Source of the DNA: Azolla caroliniana | Lineage: Eukaryota > Plantae > Polypodiophyta | Direction: 5' to 3' | Length of the DNA stretch: 64,000 bases | Assembly (NCBI GenBank): GCA_043228905.1 | Contig: JBHGNT010000007.1 | Location: 10,106,001-10,170,000 of the forward strand | Shown: positions 14,166-27,215 of the stretch, piece after piece | Layout of the letters: each line of letters starts with the position of its first letter | Position numbering within the stretch: the first letter of the stretch is position 1 | The notes under the pieces: model-generated | Told to the model about the DNA's origin: nothing | Databases searched by the model: none | Seen by the model: only the letters and a program-made list of their open reading frames with translations | Made by a program: the position numbers and the translations under genes

Positions 14166-15118
14166 CATAGATTGAAATATTCGCATTCGTGGGGCCTGCC
14201 CCACGAATCCATACGAATAGGAATACGAATACACGTAAATATATTCGTTTTCTTCTTTTTTTTGAAAAAAAAATAAAAATAAAATAAAAATAAAAAAAAT
14301 AAAAAAAATTGTGTTTTATTTACGAGCGAGTGAACAGTGGCCAACAGGAAGCAAAGACGCCTCACCCTACTCCCTCTGCGTGCTACTTACACCCTCGCTT
14401 CCCTCTATATCCTGTTCTCGGCCAGAAATTAGGGTTTCGACAGAAAACCCTAATTTCTGTCATAATCCTAATTTCGACAAAATTTCTTCTTTTCGGCCTG
14501 CGTCATCGACTCCCTCTCATGCTCTACCTAATCCTACATCCTGTTGTCCGCTACAAATTCAGAGTTTCACTGAAACCCTAAGTTTTGCCAAAGCCCTAAT
14601 TAATTAATTATTAATGCATTAATTGATTATTAATTAATTAACTAATATTTTCCAATGAATTAATTAATGTGTTAATGAATTAAGATATGTATTTGTAAAT
14701 TAATTAATGTATTAGTGAATCAATTAATGTTTAAGTGAATTAATTAGTTAATAGTAAATTAATCATTATATTAATGAGTTAATTAATTATTGATGTATGT
14801 CTGTGTACACATATATGTATGTGTGTGTATATGTATCTATGTATGTGTATATATGTATCTATGTATGTGTGTGTATATGTATCTATGTATGTGTGTATAT
14901 GTATCTATGTATGTGTATATATGTATCTATGTATGTGTGTGTATATGTATATATATGTTTGTGTATGTGTGTATATATGTATGTGTATGTATGTATGTGT
15001 GTATATGTATATGTAAAGGAATGGTTTTATAATATTCTTAGGGCCATTTTCTATTCTCGAATACCACGAATATTACGGATGTCGAATCTCAAGAATATCA
15101 CGCATGGCTCAATCTATG
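14166..15118. mobile_element. Non-autonomous hAT-like DNA transposon
   Basis: Perfect 10-bp TIR CATAGATTGA/TCAATCTATG and 8-bp flanking duplication CATACATA (inside a TACA microsatellite, so weaker evidence). Subterminal CGAAT/ATTCG motifs at both ends. No transposase. Confidence 0.75.
14791..15014. repeat. Compound (TATG)/(TG)/(TA) microsatellite inside the hAT-like element
   Basis: Low-complexity run visible directly. Confidence 0.9.
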
Positions 15119-15229
15119 CATACATATTTCATACATACATGATACATACATACATATTACATATTGATATGACAAAGAACAACATGGGCGACACCCTACT
15201 GAGGGGGGTCGCTTTCTGAGACCTGAAGT

Positions 15230-15271
15230 CCACGTGGAGCGGTCCCACTGGCCACAGTCTCGTGACGTGGC
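15230..15271 (+). promoter_or_regulatory. Paired G-box/ABRE elements upstream of PLD alpha
   Basis: CCACGTGG at 15230-15237 and ACGTGGC at 15265-15271, about 250-290 bp upstream of the ATG. Confidence 0.45.
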
Positions 15272-15414
15272 ACCTGAGCGCAGAGCCCATCCCGGGGCAG
15301 AATTAAAAGAGAGAGACGCTCGCAGTTTTGGGGATGGATGGACACAGACATATCAGTCTCAGCCTCTCCTTCCCCCAATTTCTTCTGAACCTCTTTTAGA
15401 TCACCTCAAGAATA

Positions 15415-15450
15415 CCCTAACCCTAACCCTAACCCTAAACCTAAACCTAA
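15415..15450 (+). repeat. Short telomere-like array (CCCTAA)x4 + (ACCTAA)x2 in the PLD leader region
   Basis: Read directly from the sequence. Confidence 0.8.
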
Positions 15451-15522
15451 GCCCCTGATACCCTTTCCCTTTCCCTTTGCCTTTCTTTCCCTCTCTTTTT
15501 CCTGTTGGACACAATATATATC

Positions 15523-18500
15523 ATGGCTCTTCACCTCCTCCACGGCACCTTCCATGTTACTGTCTTCCAAGCTTCTGACCTCTCTGATGCCACCCGCCAT
15601 GGACCTAAATTCTTCAGAAAGGTTAACACATTCTCCTCTCTGTATAGATCCATGGCTTTTCTGTGTCAGATCTGCATTTTCCCACTCCATAGTTCTATCT
15701 CTACGTTGACTTTAATGAATCTGTATTTTTAGCTTCTTAATGACCCTTTAATTAAGGTTTAAATGTGGGGTTAGGCTTGCCAAGGGCTCCCCACTTAAAA
15801 GTAAAAGGTAATGCTTGCATGGGGAAGCTCCCTGGTGATTCCATAATTGAGGTAATCTGTGTGGGTTATAAATTTCTCCTAATTAAGGCCATTAGTAATA
15901 ATTCCCATCCAGGACATAAATGGCTCATCCTAATCATGAATTTTGTTGTGCAAGAATGGTTTTCATAGGCTCCTAATTATGGGTATGTGGGTGATATATG
16001 GGCTACTCAGGACTCCAAGAAGTGGCTCCAAATGAAGCCAGCCTCCTTGGAATGTGCCAATTTCCTTGAGTTGAATCCTCATTTTGTGTTGTTTGGATAC
16101 AGATCCTTGAAAGTGTGGAGGACGCGATCAAGGTGGGGCGGGGGTCGATCAAGCTCTATGCCTCGGTTGAGATGGAGGATGCTCGTGTGGGCCGGACCCG
16201 AATAATAGAAGGCGAGCATAGCAACCCTGTATGGAACGAATCGTTCCACGTCTACTGCGCCTACAACGTCGCGCACATTATCATTAATGTCAAAGACGAT
16301 GACCCCATGGGAGCAAGGATCCTCGGCAAGGCCAAGATCCCTGTCACCGATGTCTTGTCTGGCGATGAGGTCGACCAGTGGTATGATCTCTTGGCGGAGA
16401 ATGACGAGCCATTGCACGGGGGAGCCAAGATTCATCTCCGGATGCAATATTTCGATGTCTCCAGCGACCCTTTCTTCGGCACGGGTGTCCGCAGTGAGAA
16501 GTACCCTGGGGTTCCTTACACATTCTTCCGTCAATGGAAAGGATGCAAAGTCACACTGTACCAAGATGCCCACATCCCCAACAACTTCTGCCCTCAGATC
16601 TATCTCAGCAATGGCAAGCTCTACGAGCCGCAGAGGTGTTGGGAGGATATCTACAAGGCCATCTGCGAGGCCAAACATCTCATCTACATCACGGGATGGT
16701 CGGTGTATGCAGAAGTCGAGCTCATCCGAGACAAGGACCGGCCGATCGAAGGGTCGGAGGGCCTAACACTAGGGGAGCTCTTGAAGAGGAAGGCATCTGA
16801 GGGAGTGCGGGTCAACATGCTTGTCTGGGACGACAGGACATCGGTCGGGTCTTGGAAGAAGGATGGGCTAATGGCTACCCACGACCAGGACACTCACGAA
16901 TACTTCAAGGATAGCGAGGTGAATTGCATTCTATGTCCGAGGAATCCCGACGATGGGTTGAGCTTCGTACAAGAGATACAGATAGGCACCATGTTCACGC
17001 ACCATCAAAAGATCGTGGTGGTCGATGCTCCTCTTCCCGGGTCAGGCAATGATGAGGGTGGTTCCCGGAGGATCGTGAGCTTCGTGGGGGGGATTGATCT
17101 ATGTGATGGTAGATATGACACACCTTTCCATCCTCTTTTCCGGACACTGGATACTGTCCACAAGTTGGATTTCCATCAACCCAACTTCCCTGATGCAAGT
17201 CTAGAGAAGGGGGGGCCTCGGGAACCGTGGCACGACATTCACACCAAGGTCGAGGGCCAAGCCGCGTGGGACGTGTTGCATAACTTTGAGCAAAGATGGG
17301 AAAAGCAAGGGGAGGAAGGGAAACTCTTGACATTGCGAGAAATCTCGGACATCGACCCACCCTCGCAGGTCATGTATACGAATGACCCTAGCAGTTGGAG
17401 TGTGCAAATCTTTAGATCTATCGATGCTGGAGCTGCACACGGTTTTCCCAACAACCCCGAAGATGCGGCCTCAGCGGGGCTTGTCAGTGGTAAGGAGAGT
17501 GTCATTGACAGAAGCATACAAGATGCTTACATTCATGCAATTCGGAGAGCTAAGAACTTCATCTACATTGAGAACCAATACTTCTTGGGAAGTTGTGCAA
17601 GCTGGAATTCGGACAAGAACTGCGGGGCATCGCATCTTATCCCCGTCGAGCTCGCGTTGAAAGTGGCCTCCAAAATCGAGGCAGGAGAGCGATTCTCGGT
17701 GTATGTTGTGGTGCCGATGTGGCCCGAAGGTGTGCCGGAGAGCGGGTCGGTTCAAGCAATCTTGGATTGGATGCACAAAACCATGAATATGATGTACACG
17801 ATCATTTCTCAAGCCTTGCAAGCCAAAGGTCTCGATGACGAGAGCCCGAGGGACTATCTCACATTCTTTTGTCTCGGCAACCGCGAGATGAGGATCGGGG
17901 ACGAATACATTCCTCCGGATAGCCCCGCGGAGGATTCCGACTACAAGCTTGCACAAGATAACCGAAGGTTCATGATTTATGTACACTCAAAGATGATGAT
18001 AGGTATGTACAAGGTTTTAAGGAATTTGGATGTTGTTGCTCTATATGTGTGTTTTGTTGCAAAGGGTCACACCCTTATTTACAAGTTACAACAATGCTTC
18101 AACAAAGATGTCTTTTAACACTTCTTATATTTATTTGTCTCTCCCCTTGACATTTCTCTAAGCCAAAAATAAATTTTCTTGTAGTGGATGATGAGTACAT
18201 AATCGCGGGGTCGGCCAACATCAACCAAAGGTCGATGGATGGGGGCCGAGACTCAGAGATAGCAATGGGGGCATACCAACCCGCCCACACAATTGTAAGT
18301 GAAGAACCATCGCCCAAGGGGGAAGTCCATGGGTTCCGCATGTCCTTGTGGTATGAGCATACGGGCCGACTCGAGAATGTGTTTTTGGAGCCATGGAGTT
18401 TGGATTGCATTAGGACAGTGAACACGATAGGTGATGAGTTGTGGAAGAAGTTTACCCAAGATGAGGCGGTCGATTTACCCGGACATCTCCTCACTTACCC

Positions 18501-18618
18501 AGTCGTCGTCTCCAACGATGGGTCAGTGACAGAGCTCCCTGGTCGGAAATGCTTCCCTGACACCAAGGCTCCTATCCTTGGCGAAAAAGGCCCCCTTCCA
18601 CCCATCCTCACCACTTAA
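15523..18618 (+). CDS. PLDalpha: Phospholipase D alpha (C2-PLD), 3 exons: 15523-15621, 16103-18002, 18185-18618; 810 aa
   Basis: N-terminus [17 protein letters not shown] and a C2 domain ([13 protein letters not shown]). HKD1 is HHQKIVVVD and HKD2 is HSKMMIVDD, formed across intron 2. C-terminus LPPILTT. GT-AG introns of 481 and 182 bp. Spliced length 2433 nt keeps frame. Confidence 0.96.
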
Positions 18619-20135
18619 AAAGGCATAAATATTGACCAAGCTCATCTCCATGGCATTGTAGATGAAACATATATATTTGCTACCGGTGTTCTTCATGTAT
18701 GGTCTTCTTGTAAGGCCTTTGCCTTTTTTAATGTTTGGAATAATAACATTTTCCTTAGTTTCTTTTTGCCGTGCATTTGAGATGCCCTATTTTTTATCCG
18801 AATCTTAAATTATAATTTGTGCATTCACATCTTATTCTCTCTTCCAACTCCGAGCCACGACGGAATATTTATACCTGGGAAATAAACTAAACTACTCACA
18901 TAATCTATCCTAAACTCACGTCATGTATATCTTGTAACATCGTTTATCTAATATTTGATGAAATACGACGTGCACTCATTGTTTAGACTCATTTGTTCTT
19001 TTGTAGGTGAGTATTGATGTCAAGATAATTTATCGAGAGAATATTCTTGAGCCATTGGTTCATACTTCTATAACAAAGAAATTAGAAACAGAATCATCAC
19101 TATAAATACTCTATGGAACAATTGCACGTACGAGATACAATGTAAGTCGATGTACAATGAACTTAGAGAAGACTTACAATGTTTTAGGATGTAAGAAAAC
19201 AAGCAATCAAGTGATAATTTGATTGAAGAATTGTATCTTGTTAGCTTTTCCAATTCAATGTGGGTTTGGAAATGTATACCATCTTCGACATTGCTCATTC
19301 ACTCCTTGCTCTATAGTTATCACAACCTTTTAATTTCTAGCAAAAACTGCTCTAGAAACTCAAAAACCAAACTCTTTGACTCTTTTGAAATTGCCGAATC
19401 AACACTCCTTGATACATAAGGTGAGTAACTATTCTTGAGTTCTACATGGAATACATGGGGTCAACTATGAAGTTGAACCCGTATCTTACTACTACTTTGG
19501 AGACATTCGTTAGGACTCTAGTCTATCTAGAAGCATATGTTCTCTTTTATTGTTCTATGTTTTAGAAGTGATCTCTCTTCTTTTATTTGTGATGGATGAT
19601 GCCGATGTGGTGCTTTGAAAAGCTCAAATGTTCTCCTCGGCTTCTCATAAAACCTTCTTAGGAATAAAGATCAACAATCAATGATCAATCTATCGCATAC
19701 CTGGATATGTATTGCTTGCCTACTTCCCCTATTTTTGTTTCCAAAATAAGGTTACATACACCATCAATTTTGAATGAACAATTTTTCACCTCTTGAATTG
19801 TGATACATGTTCATGTGACAACATTCCTTGGACATGAACATGAAACATATGTGATAACGAAAGAGTTATTTCCTTAAGAACTTTACATTCTTAGTATTCG
19901 CTGTCATTTCAATAAATGATAGAAAAGTATACACAATATTTTAAATATAAATTTTCAAAAGTGATTACAAAATTCTCTTTTATAAAAGATCATTTTTCTC
20001 TTTTATATCCTTCTTTATAATCAATGCACATGATTCTGTCCCAAAAATGATTGACTTATTAACATAACACTTGCAACCACTCTCTTGCTTATGTATGTAA
20101 TTTGTCCAAGTCTTTATCAGCTTTCATATCATTCT

Positions 20136-20367
20136 TATAGTATGAACCATGCATAACATTCGTGAATGTTTCAAACATTTGAGTATGGTAAACACCCTCG
20201 AAGTATGGTAAATACCATACTTATGTATTCATTATTTATTATAAGATAGTTTTTTTAAGGTAAAAAGTGTAAAAAAAACATAAGAATGAGTTGATAACAT
20301 ACACATTCGTTTGCATTCAAATGAAAAAGAATGTTTGCCAATGCATTCGAGTATATTATGTACTATG
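20136..20367 (+). mobile_element. MITE (hAT-like, (C/T)ATAGTA...TACTATG ends), copy 1
   Basis: Reverse-complement homologue of 24676-24917 (shared AGTATGGTAAACACCCT...ATGGTAAATACCATACTT). No TSD recognisable. Confidence 0.6.
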
Positions 20368-21483
20368 CTTAAAACAATCACATCATACACTAATTACCTA
20401 CATAACTTCAATATAAATTGACAATAGGAGCATTTGCCATGTCACATGTTTCTTGTATATCCACAATTAATCATCTTAATGTATTTGACCCAAATGTAGG
20501 TGATGTTGGTGTAATATTAATAAATGTTGTGAATCCATTCTAATTGGTTTTATCAAAGACTTGGTATGAAATGCATCTATAGCAGATGTATAATTAAGGA
20601 ATGCCAAATAGGAAGTTATAATAATCCATATGAGATGTTCTCCAATTCTAGTAATATTCGGATGTGCCTCATGATATTTAGTTATCATCATGTTAGGCTC
20701 TCTAAACCAAAAAAACAAAACAAACATTGCACCTATTATGAGTCAATGTAGGTGCAAAATAATAAAATATCAATTTTCAAATATAAAAGAAAACTTTAAT
20801 GCAGCCCATATTGCATATTAAGATAGTAGAATGTGTGGTACATATCGCTTGTGTTTCTTGATATGTTAATTATTTCTAAATTTTTTGAATCATTCTTATA
20901 AATGGCTAATAGAGCCTAGATTGTAGATTAAAATCATTACATAATTATGAATATAAAAGATCAATTGTAGTATATGTTGTGTTTTTTTGGAGGGAGGGAA
21001 CCTTGCATAACTACTTGTCTATAGATGACAAACATATTTTCCCCAGCCATGTTGTTGACGAGCAAATGTTCTCCATTCAAGTCCTATGTCTCTTCCAAAA
21101 TGTTTTGACATGTCATGTGACCATTTCAATGGTCGTGGATGATTGTCAAATTCTGCTCTTCTTTTATAGATTTTGATATGATACATTTGGGATACAAATT
21201 TGGTGGCCGAGCAGACACTTCATGGCTTTAGAAGAAATGGAAATCTCACTTCAATGAAGTAACATACACGAGAGATTGATCAACACCAATTTCATCAACT
21301 ATTTGGAAAACATGATCGAGAAAATTTAGAAATGATGGTACAAAAGATTGTATATTTGACACTACAAATGTTGACTTGTTACTAGCCATATATATTTACC
21401 CATCACACAATTTTTGGGTGGAAACACTTTTACTTTTACCTTGAGATCATCAATATGATGCATCCATTTGGTCTCTCATCTTA

Positions 21484-21664
21484 GAGAAGAGGTATAAGGT
21501 CTACCAAGGTGTCAAAGCATGAAGATATGAATCCACAATCTACTATAGGATAATCCCATCAAGATGTGTGTGTGTGTGTGTTCATGAGAATGGTATAAGG
21601 TCTACCAAGGTGTTAAAGCATGAATATATGAATCCATAATTTACTATAGGATAACCCCATCAAG

Positions 21665-21701
<37 letters not shown>

Positions 21702-21795
21702 TGAGAGAGGTATAAGGTCTACCAAGGTGTTAAAGCATGAAGATATGAATCCACAATTTACTATAGGATAACCCCATGAAGATGTGTGTTTGTGT

Positions 21796-21827
<32 letters not shown>

Positions 21828-21830
21828 TTC
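21484..21830. repeat. Three tandem copies of a ~80-bp unit, each followed by a (GT)n or (GA)n microsatellite
   Basis: GGTATAAGGTCTACCAAGGTGT(C/T)AAAGCATGAA...ACTATAGGATAA recurs at about 21491, 21592 and 21709. Confidence 0.85.
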
Positions 21831-22149
21831 TATTATCATATTCAGAGGACAAATATGACCAATTACACAAAAAATATTACATTTCATGTAATACATGTGA
21901 AAGTGAGTAGCAACTCTCGATGTTCAAGAACTTTATGAATGAAAGTTGCAATAAAGAGTGCACATTGTGGTTGTGAGAGAATTCTATGGAAGGATTGGGG
22001 TTGGCCGAAGATGTGTGGAAAGCATAGTCGAATATGATCGAAGGCAAGGCAATGTATCGAAGTGTGATACTCAAACTCTCAAACTTATTTTGGGCGACAT
22101 ATGCATAGTCGACTACTCTCATCACTTGTGCCCCAACACCTTGTTTCAC

Positions 22150-23280
22150 ATTGCAATGCATGCACGCTAAGTCACATGGAAGCATTGGTTCGTTTGGTAG
22201 ACAACAAGATGACCTCTAACATGTATTGATGTGTGTGGTTTCCCACTTCATTAAAGAACAAGGTTTTGTAGTTGGGTGCAAAATATGTAGTATAATGTGT
22301 GAAGCGTGAGCCTCCACATTTGTCCCATGTCATGATACATGGGGTTGCAAAAAAGCTTCATTTACAAAGGAATCTAGTGATGCATCATGAAGCTAGTGTG
22401 TATCCCATCTACCAAACCATTTTTCCATATCTTGTATCCAACGGGGATACAAAATTTTGGTTTTATACATCTTTTGGATCTTTTTGTTTACTTCCCATGC
22501 GATTCTAGAAAGTCACCGTGAGGGACTTTTTTGAACCTTGAACATGTATTTAACCACCCTTTCCATGGCCACAATCTCAATGGGAAGATCTTGTCTCATG
22601 TAGGAGGGGGGGTGTATGGTGTTTGTTTCTCAACTTGTAGAAACGTTGTAAGAAAATATTTTTGGACATTTTCAAGCTCTTTCCAAGTAGATTTAGGGAT
22701 GCTACCACCCCATAGAAAAAGATTGGTGCCACCAAAGTGTTGAAAAGGTATTTCTTGAGGACCCAACACTTTCTTTTTTTCCAAAAAAAAGCTTTCCATT
22801 AATTATAAAAATTTACTGATCAGAGTGTTATATACAAATCCCTGTAGGGATGCGATAGTTCCATCTTATGTGGATCCCCATTGACTCAAGAAAGGGAGAG
22901 GACGGCCATTGTTGGATGAAGGCAAATCGTAGTCTTTCAACTACATTGGAGGACCCTACACTTAATTTCTCCATGATTGCATGTGTTCTCAAATGTATAA
23001 TACTCTCTCTTTCCTATAAGTGGCGGGTAGCACATTCATTCCATCTATGATTTGAAGGAACTTCAAGGCCGAGATATTTGAGGCTTTCCACACATTGACA
23101 TGGCTCATTATTGTACATAATGCATGGTTATCTCTTGTTTGGCTCTTCACTAGCATAATCTTTGTTTTAGAGCTATTGATACTTAATTTAGTATGCATCC
23201 AAAAAATTTCCAATGTCTTCATAAGCTTTTGCGCATCTCCTAAAGTATTTGAAAAAACACTACATTACTTGATGGGAGAC
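22150..23280 (-). mobile_element. Degenerate non-LTR retrotransposon (LINE) remnant, C-terminal RT region
   Basis: Minus-strand peptides LSINSSKTKIMLV, ESLKYLGLE and WGGSIPKSTWKELENVQKYFL...TPY resemble LINE RT domain 6-7 and downstream regions. Boundaries approximate. Confidence 0.6.
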
Positions 23281-24675
23281 TTGGCTATTATAGCTGTGAC
23301 TTCTAGATTGCATTGTTATAACATGTGTGCCATATAATTAGCATGTAGCCCATCTTTCATGGAAATAGCAAACATGTTGAGGTGAGGTATCATTTCACTA
23401 GATGGGTTCATATGGACAATCTCAAGGATCTTGGTAGATTCATACATGTGATAACTGTTGTTGTTATGCTTATTTTCTCTAATAGATTCATACATGAATG
23501 AAAATTTATGAGCATTGGGTTACACAAAATGACTTCACATATCATTGTACTAGTAATTATACATAGTGTATTCTACCTTCAAGAGGCATGTATCTTGAAA
23601 TGAGAGATTGTAAGGGTAAAGACCAATAGGTCATGCTTTACCAAGTTTCCCAAATGTGGACAACCTAGCGACCATACAAATTGAAAACCAAAAGCAATAA
23701 GGTGCAACTTTGTACCACTATACTATAGCTCTCCTTAATAGTCAATGTATTTCTACTCTAAGCTTTCACTATGGTCCATCACTAGGTTAGCCTACGTCAA
23801 GGTCTCTATCCCTTATAAGTGAGGGGAGCTAAGACAAAATGTTGTTGCAATGTGCATATCTAGTTTGGGTTTGTCACAAGGATGAATGATACGATATGAG
23901 GCTAGCTTGGAGAATAAGTATCCTCATGTAGTAGTCATTTAATATCATGTTGCGATGTTTCCTACTCCAACACAATACCAAATCTTCATGTGGTCATTTT
24001 AAGTAGGGAAAAACTTAGAAGAGCACAATATTCTTTATTTCCCTAATATCCATAGTTTTTTATTGTTTCCCTAAATGCAATTTGGTGAAATAATACAAAC
24101 TCAATAGCATTTGGGGAAACAGACTCAATGAAAAATATATATCACTCTACAAATAGCTTTTATGTATGAGTTTGCTTTAATAGGTAACATTATGCTCTAT
24201 GAGTACAACTTGAATCCCCTACTGCAAATGTTTGAAAAATTTCAGGCTATTTCCCTTATAGTTACAAAATAAATTATTTTACAAAAGATATCAATCAAAA
24301 TTTGTTTCACACTTTCTTAGGTTTATTATAGAATTATCTCTATGACCTATATTCGATAGCATTAGGAGCATGAGCGTAGAATGTGTACAACAAAAATAAT
24401 GAATGTGAATTAGAACCATTCTCACTTCCACCACAATAGGTGTAATTTATGTCATATCCCACAAATACCATAGTTGCATAGGCAACAAATTAAGATGGCC
24501 CCTAGCCACTTAATATTGTTTTGTCTTTATTTACATAAAATCTATCCCATGAAATATTCAAACCCGTGGGAGGGCCTCACTTACACCAAACCCAAAATAA
24601 CTAGACAAAGTCTTTACCAATTATCACATTTATTATATCATACTAGTGTTACACCAATATTGATGTCATAATTAC

Positions 24676-24917
24676 CATAATACGTAAAATTTGTGTTAGT
24701 CTAGCATAACATTCGTTTTCCTACATTGGAAAACGAATGCGAATGTTATCCAAACATTCTTGTGTTTCTTTTTTGTTTTTCCCCTTTTTTTTGTTTATTT
24801 ATCGCATAATAAATAGTTAATCCAAAAGTATGGTATTTACCATTCTTCTAGGGTGTTTACCATACTCGAGTGATTGAATCATTCACGAATGCGAATGCAC
24901 GTATGGTTCATACTATG
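24676..24917 (-). mobile_element. MITE (hAT-like), copy 2
   Basis: Ends CATAATA...TACTATG flanked by ATAATTAC / ATAATTCC (8-bp TSD, 7/8 match). Confidence 0.7.
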
Positions 24918-25680
24918 ATAATTCCATGATAACAATGCTAATTAGGCTAATAGACAATGCACAAGGTTTTCTATCATAGTTATGAAATTAATCTACATGA
25001 CATGATTTTAGAAATGCCTTCTACGTGTTTATATCAACCCATAAAAGAATGAAAATTTAGAAAATCACAATGTTTCATCTTAAATTGATCAAAATATAAC
25101 ATCGTTTTGTGAAGAGTTCAAACCCCAAACACCTCCAATGTGTAATCACTCATGGATATGGTTTGTCTAACTCTCACCTCTCAATGTCAATGTCAAATTC
25201 AATCCCTCCTCAATATCAATTTCTCAATTGTTAGCAAAAAGGAAAGTGCCTTATATAGAAGAAGAAGATGATGACGATGTGTAAGGGCCAAAACTTTACA
25301 AAAGAGAATTGAAAAGAGAAAGAAAAAGAGAAAATTGATATATTTTTATAATAAAGAGAAAAATACAAGAGCATGAATGTTAGAATCTTAATTAAAGTTA
25401 AGAAAAATCAAAGAGGAAAATGAGGAAGAAAGGGTGCTAGTCCACTCGACCACCCCATAGCAAAGGTGAGAGACGGATCCAAGTTCCCCATCAGTGTCCC
25501 ATACCACCATGTACGAACATGGATTGTACTTGGGGTTTGAGCATATATAAGAAGGCTAGCTCTCTTCATGAAGAAGAATTTGTTTTCATTTATGTTTTGA
25601 ATTAGAACTCTAATAGTGTGGCGAAGCTCTAGCTTCATACACCTATGGTGAGAGACAGATCAAGGTCCCCCACTAAATCA

Positions 25681-26010
25681 TCAACGGAATAACTCATCAA
25701 CAAATTGGTAAGCCAATTTAGGAGTTGTTTCAGTGGTTTTAGTAGCAATAAACCTCCTCATTTTAGTTACTCCATCAACAACAACCCAAATAGCATCATG
25801 ACCTTTTTGGGTGTGAAGAAGGCTAACAATAATATCCATGGATATACTTCCCCATTTATTATTGGGAATGTCAAAGGAATGTAAAAGTTTAGCGACTTTA
25901 AGTTGCTCGACTTTGTTAACCTGACATTGGTGACATTTAGTCACATAGTTATGTATGTCAGGATGCATCTTAGATATTATGTACACATAACATAGGTGAG
26001 GGTAGTTCAC
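25681..26010 (-). pseudogene. Old Ty3/gypsy (chromovirus-type) integrase fragment
   Basis: CHQCQVNK...IPNNKWGSISMDIIVSL...DAIWVVVDGVTK matches the integrase Zn-finger and core start. Confidence 0.75.
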
Positions 26011-26251
26011 TAATATTTACATAAGTGAATGATATGTTCACTAATGTTAGAAAGGGACTAATGTGATTGGATAGAAGGAATGATCGGTGCATGCACTATC
26101 ATGATCTTGACAACCAATGAATGGAGGGTCTTTTTAGAAAGGCATGTCTATTCAAGGGCATAGGAAGAGGTATAAATACGAGGTTTAGATATCTGCATAA
26201 GGACATTACGTCGGAAGACTATTTTCTTAGACACCAGTGGTGCGGGCTAGG

Positions 26252-27215
26252 TGTTGAGAAGCAAGCTCAATATTGGCCAGATTGGTTGAATAAGCCGAGT
26301 GCTGAATCGGATGAAGACCAATCGGCTAGGCTCGAATCAGATAGGTGAGCCGGATCGGAGAACTAGATTCACAAGGAGCCGGCATGCCATTAGAGGCCTA
26401 CACTCCTAGTTTAGTAGGCAGTTATACTTTTAGGAGTTAATGTCAGTAGCTCAGTTATGAGCATTGAAGTACCTATCAGTACTTCTGACCGTCCTTTAAG
26501 AACTTGTATAAAAGTGCTCTCTGAGCACAATTGTATGTATAAAGAACATTTTATTTTGAATTGAGTTTGTTACTCTTCTGCTCTCTCTCTGTCTCTCCCG
26601 CTTATTGTGTTTTCCTCTCCATTGATTCTCTGAATTTCCTATTGTTGTCCGGGTGAACCGGTTGTGTCTATTTCAGCTTCTGCACTTAAATCTTTACATG
26701 GTATTAGAGCGCAAGGGTTGAGAATCCTCTGCTACCGACAACCGCTCAACACAGACAAACCCTAATTCCCAAAAAAGAATAGATGAGAAGGAAATGGACA
26801 AAGGAATGGATAGCTTGCTTCCAACGGAGAAGCTTGACAGGAGCAAGTACGCATCTTGGTTATACAAGATGCACTAGTATCTACTCGGCCATGGATATTG
26901 GGGTTATGTGGAAGGAACGAATGAAGTAGCATCAGAACCGGCACACAAGGATTTTCCGATGTGAGAGTAGGCAGCAAGTGGAGTCTTGTACTGCTTTGTG
27001 TCATGTGTGCACGATCTAATGCTGGGCTACATTCGGGATGCAAAGACGCCGAAGAAGGCCTAGGAAAATCTGAAAAAGATTTTCGCCGCGAGTACCATGG
27101 CCCAGAAGTTGCAACTCCATCAAGAGCTCAACAATATCTGACAAAGGGATATGACGGTGACCAATTACACCACCAAAATCAAAGAAATTTGTGACGCCCT
27201 GGGATCCATCAACGT
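26252..27215 (+). mobile_element. Ty1/copia copy J: 5' LTR (26252-26698), PBS and start of gag, interrupted by gypsy I
   Basis: TGTTGAGA...TTTACA LTR, PBS TGGTATTAGAGC at 26699-26710, and gag MDKGMDSLLPTEKLDRSKYASW through KEICDALGSINV. Confidence 0.88.

Noticed and set aside
14790-15219. ORFs rich in M/Y/V/C
   Set aside because: Translations of a microsatellite.
16115-18118. 667-aa single-exon PLD as given in the ORF track
   Set aside because: It begins inside exon 2 and runs into intron 2. The spliced model restores HKD2 and both termini.
26045-26251. Possible further LTR start (TGTTAG...TATAAATA) hosting copia J
   Set aside because: No second copy, end or TSD in the window.
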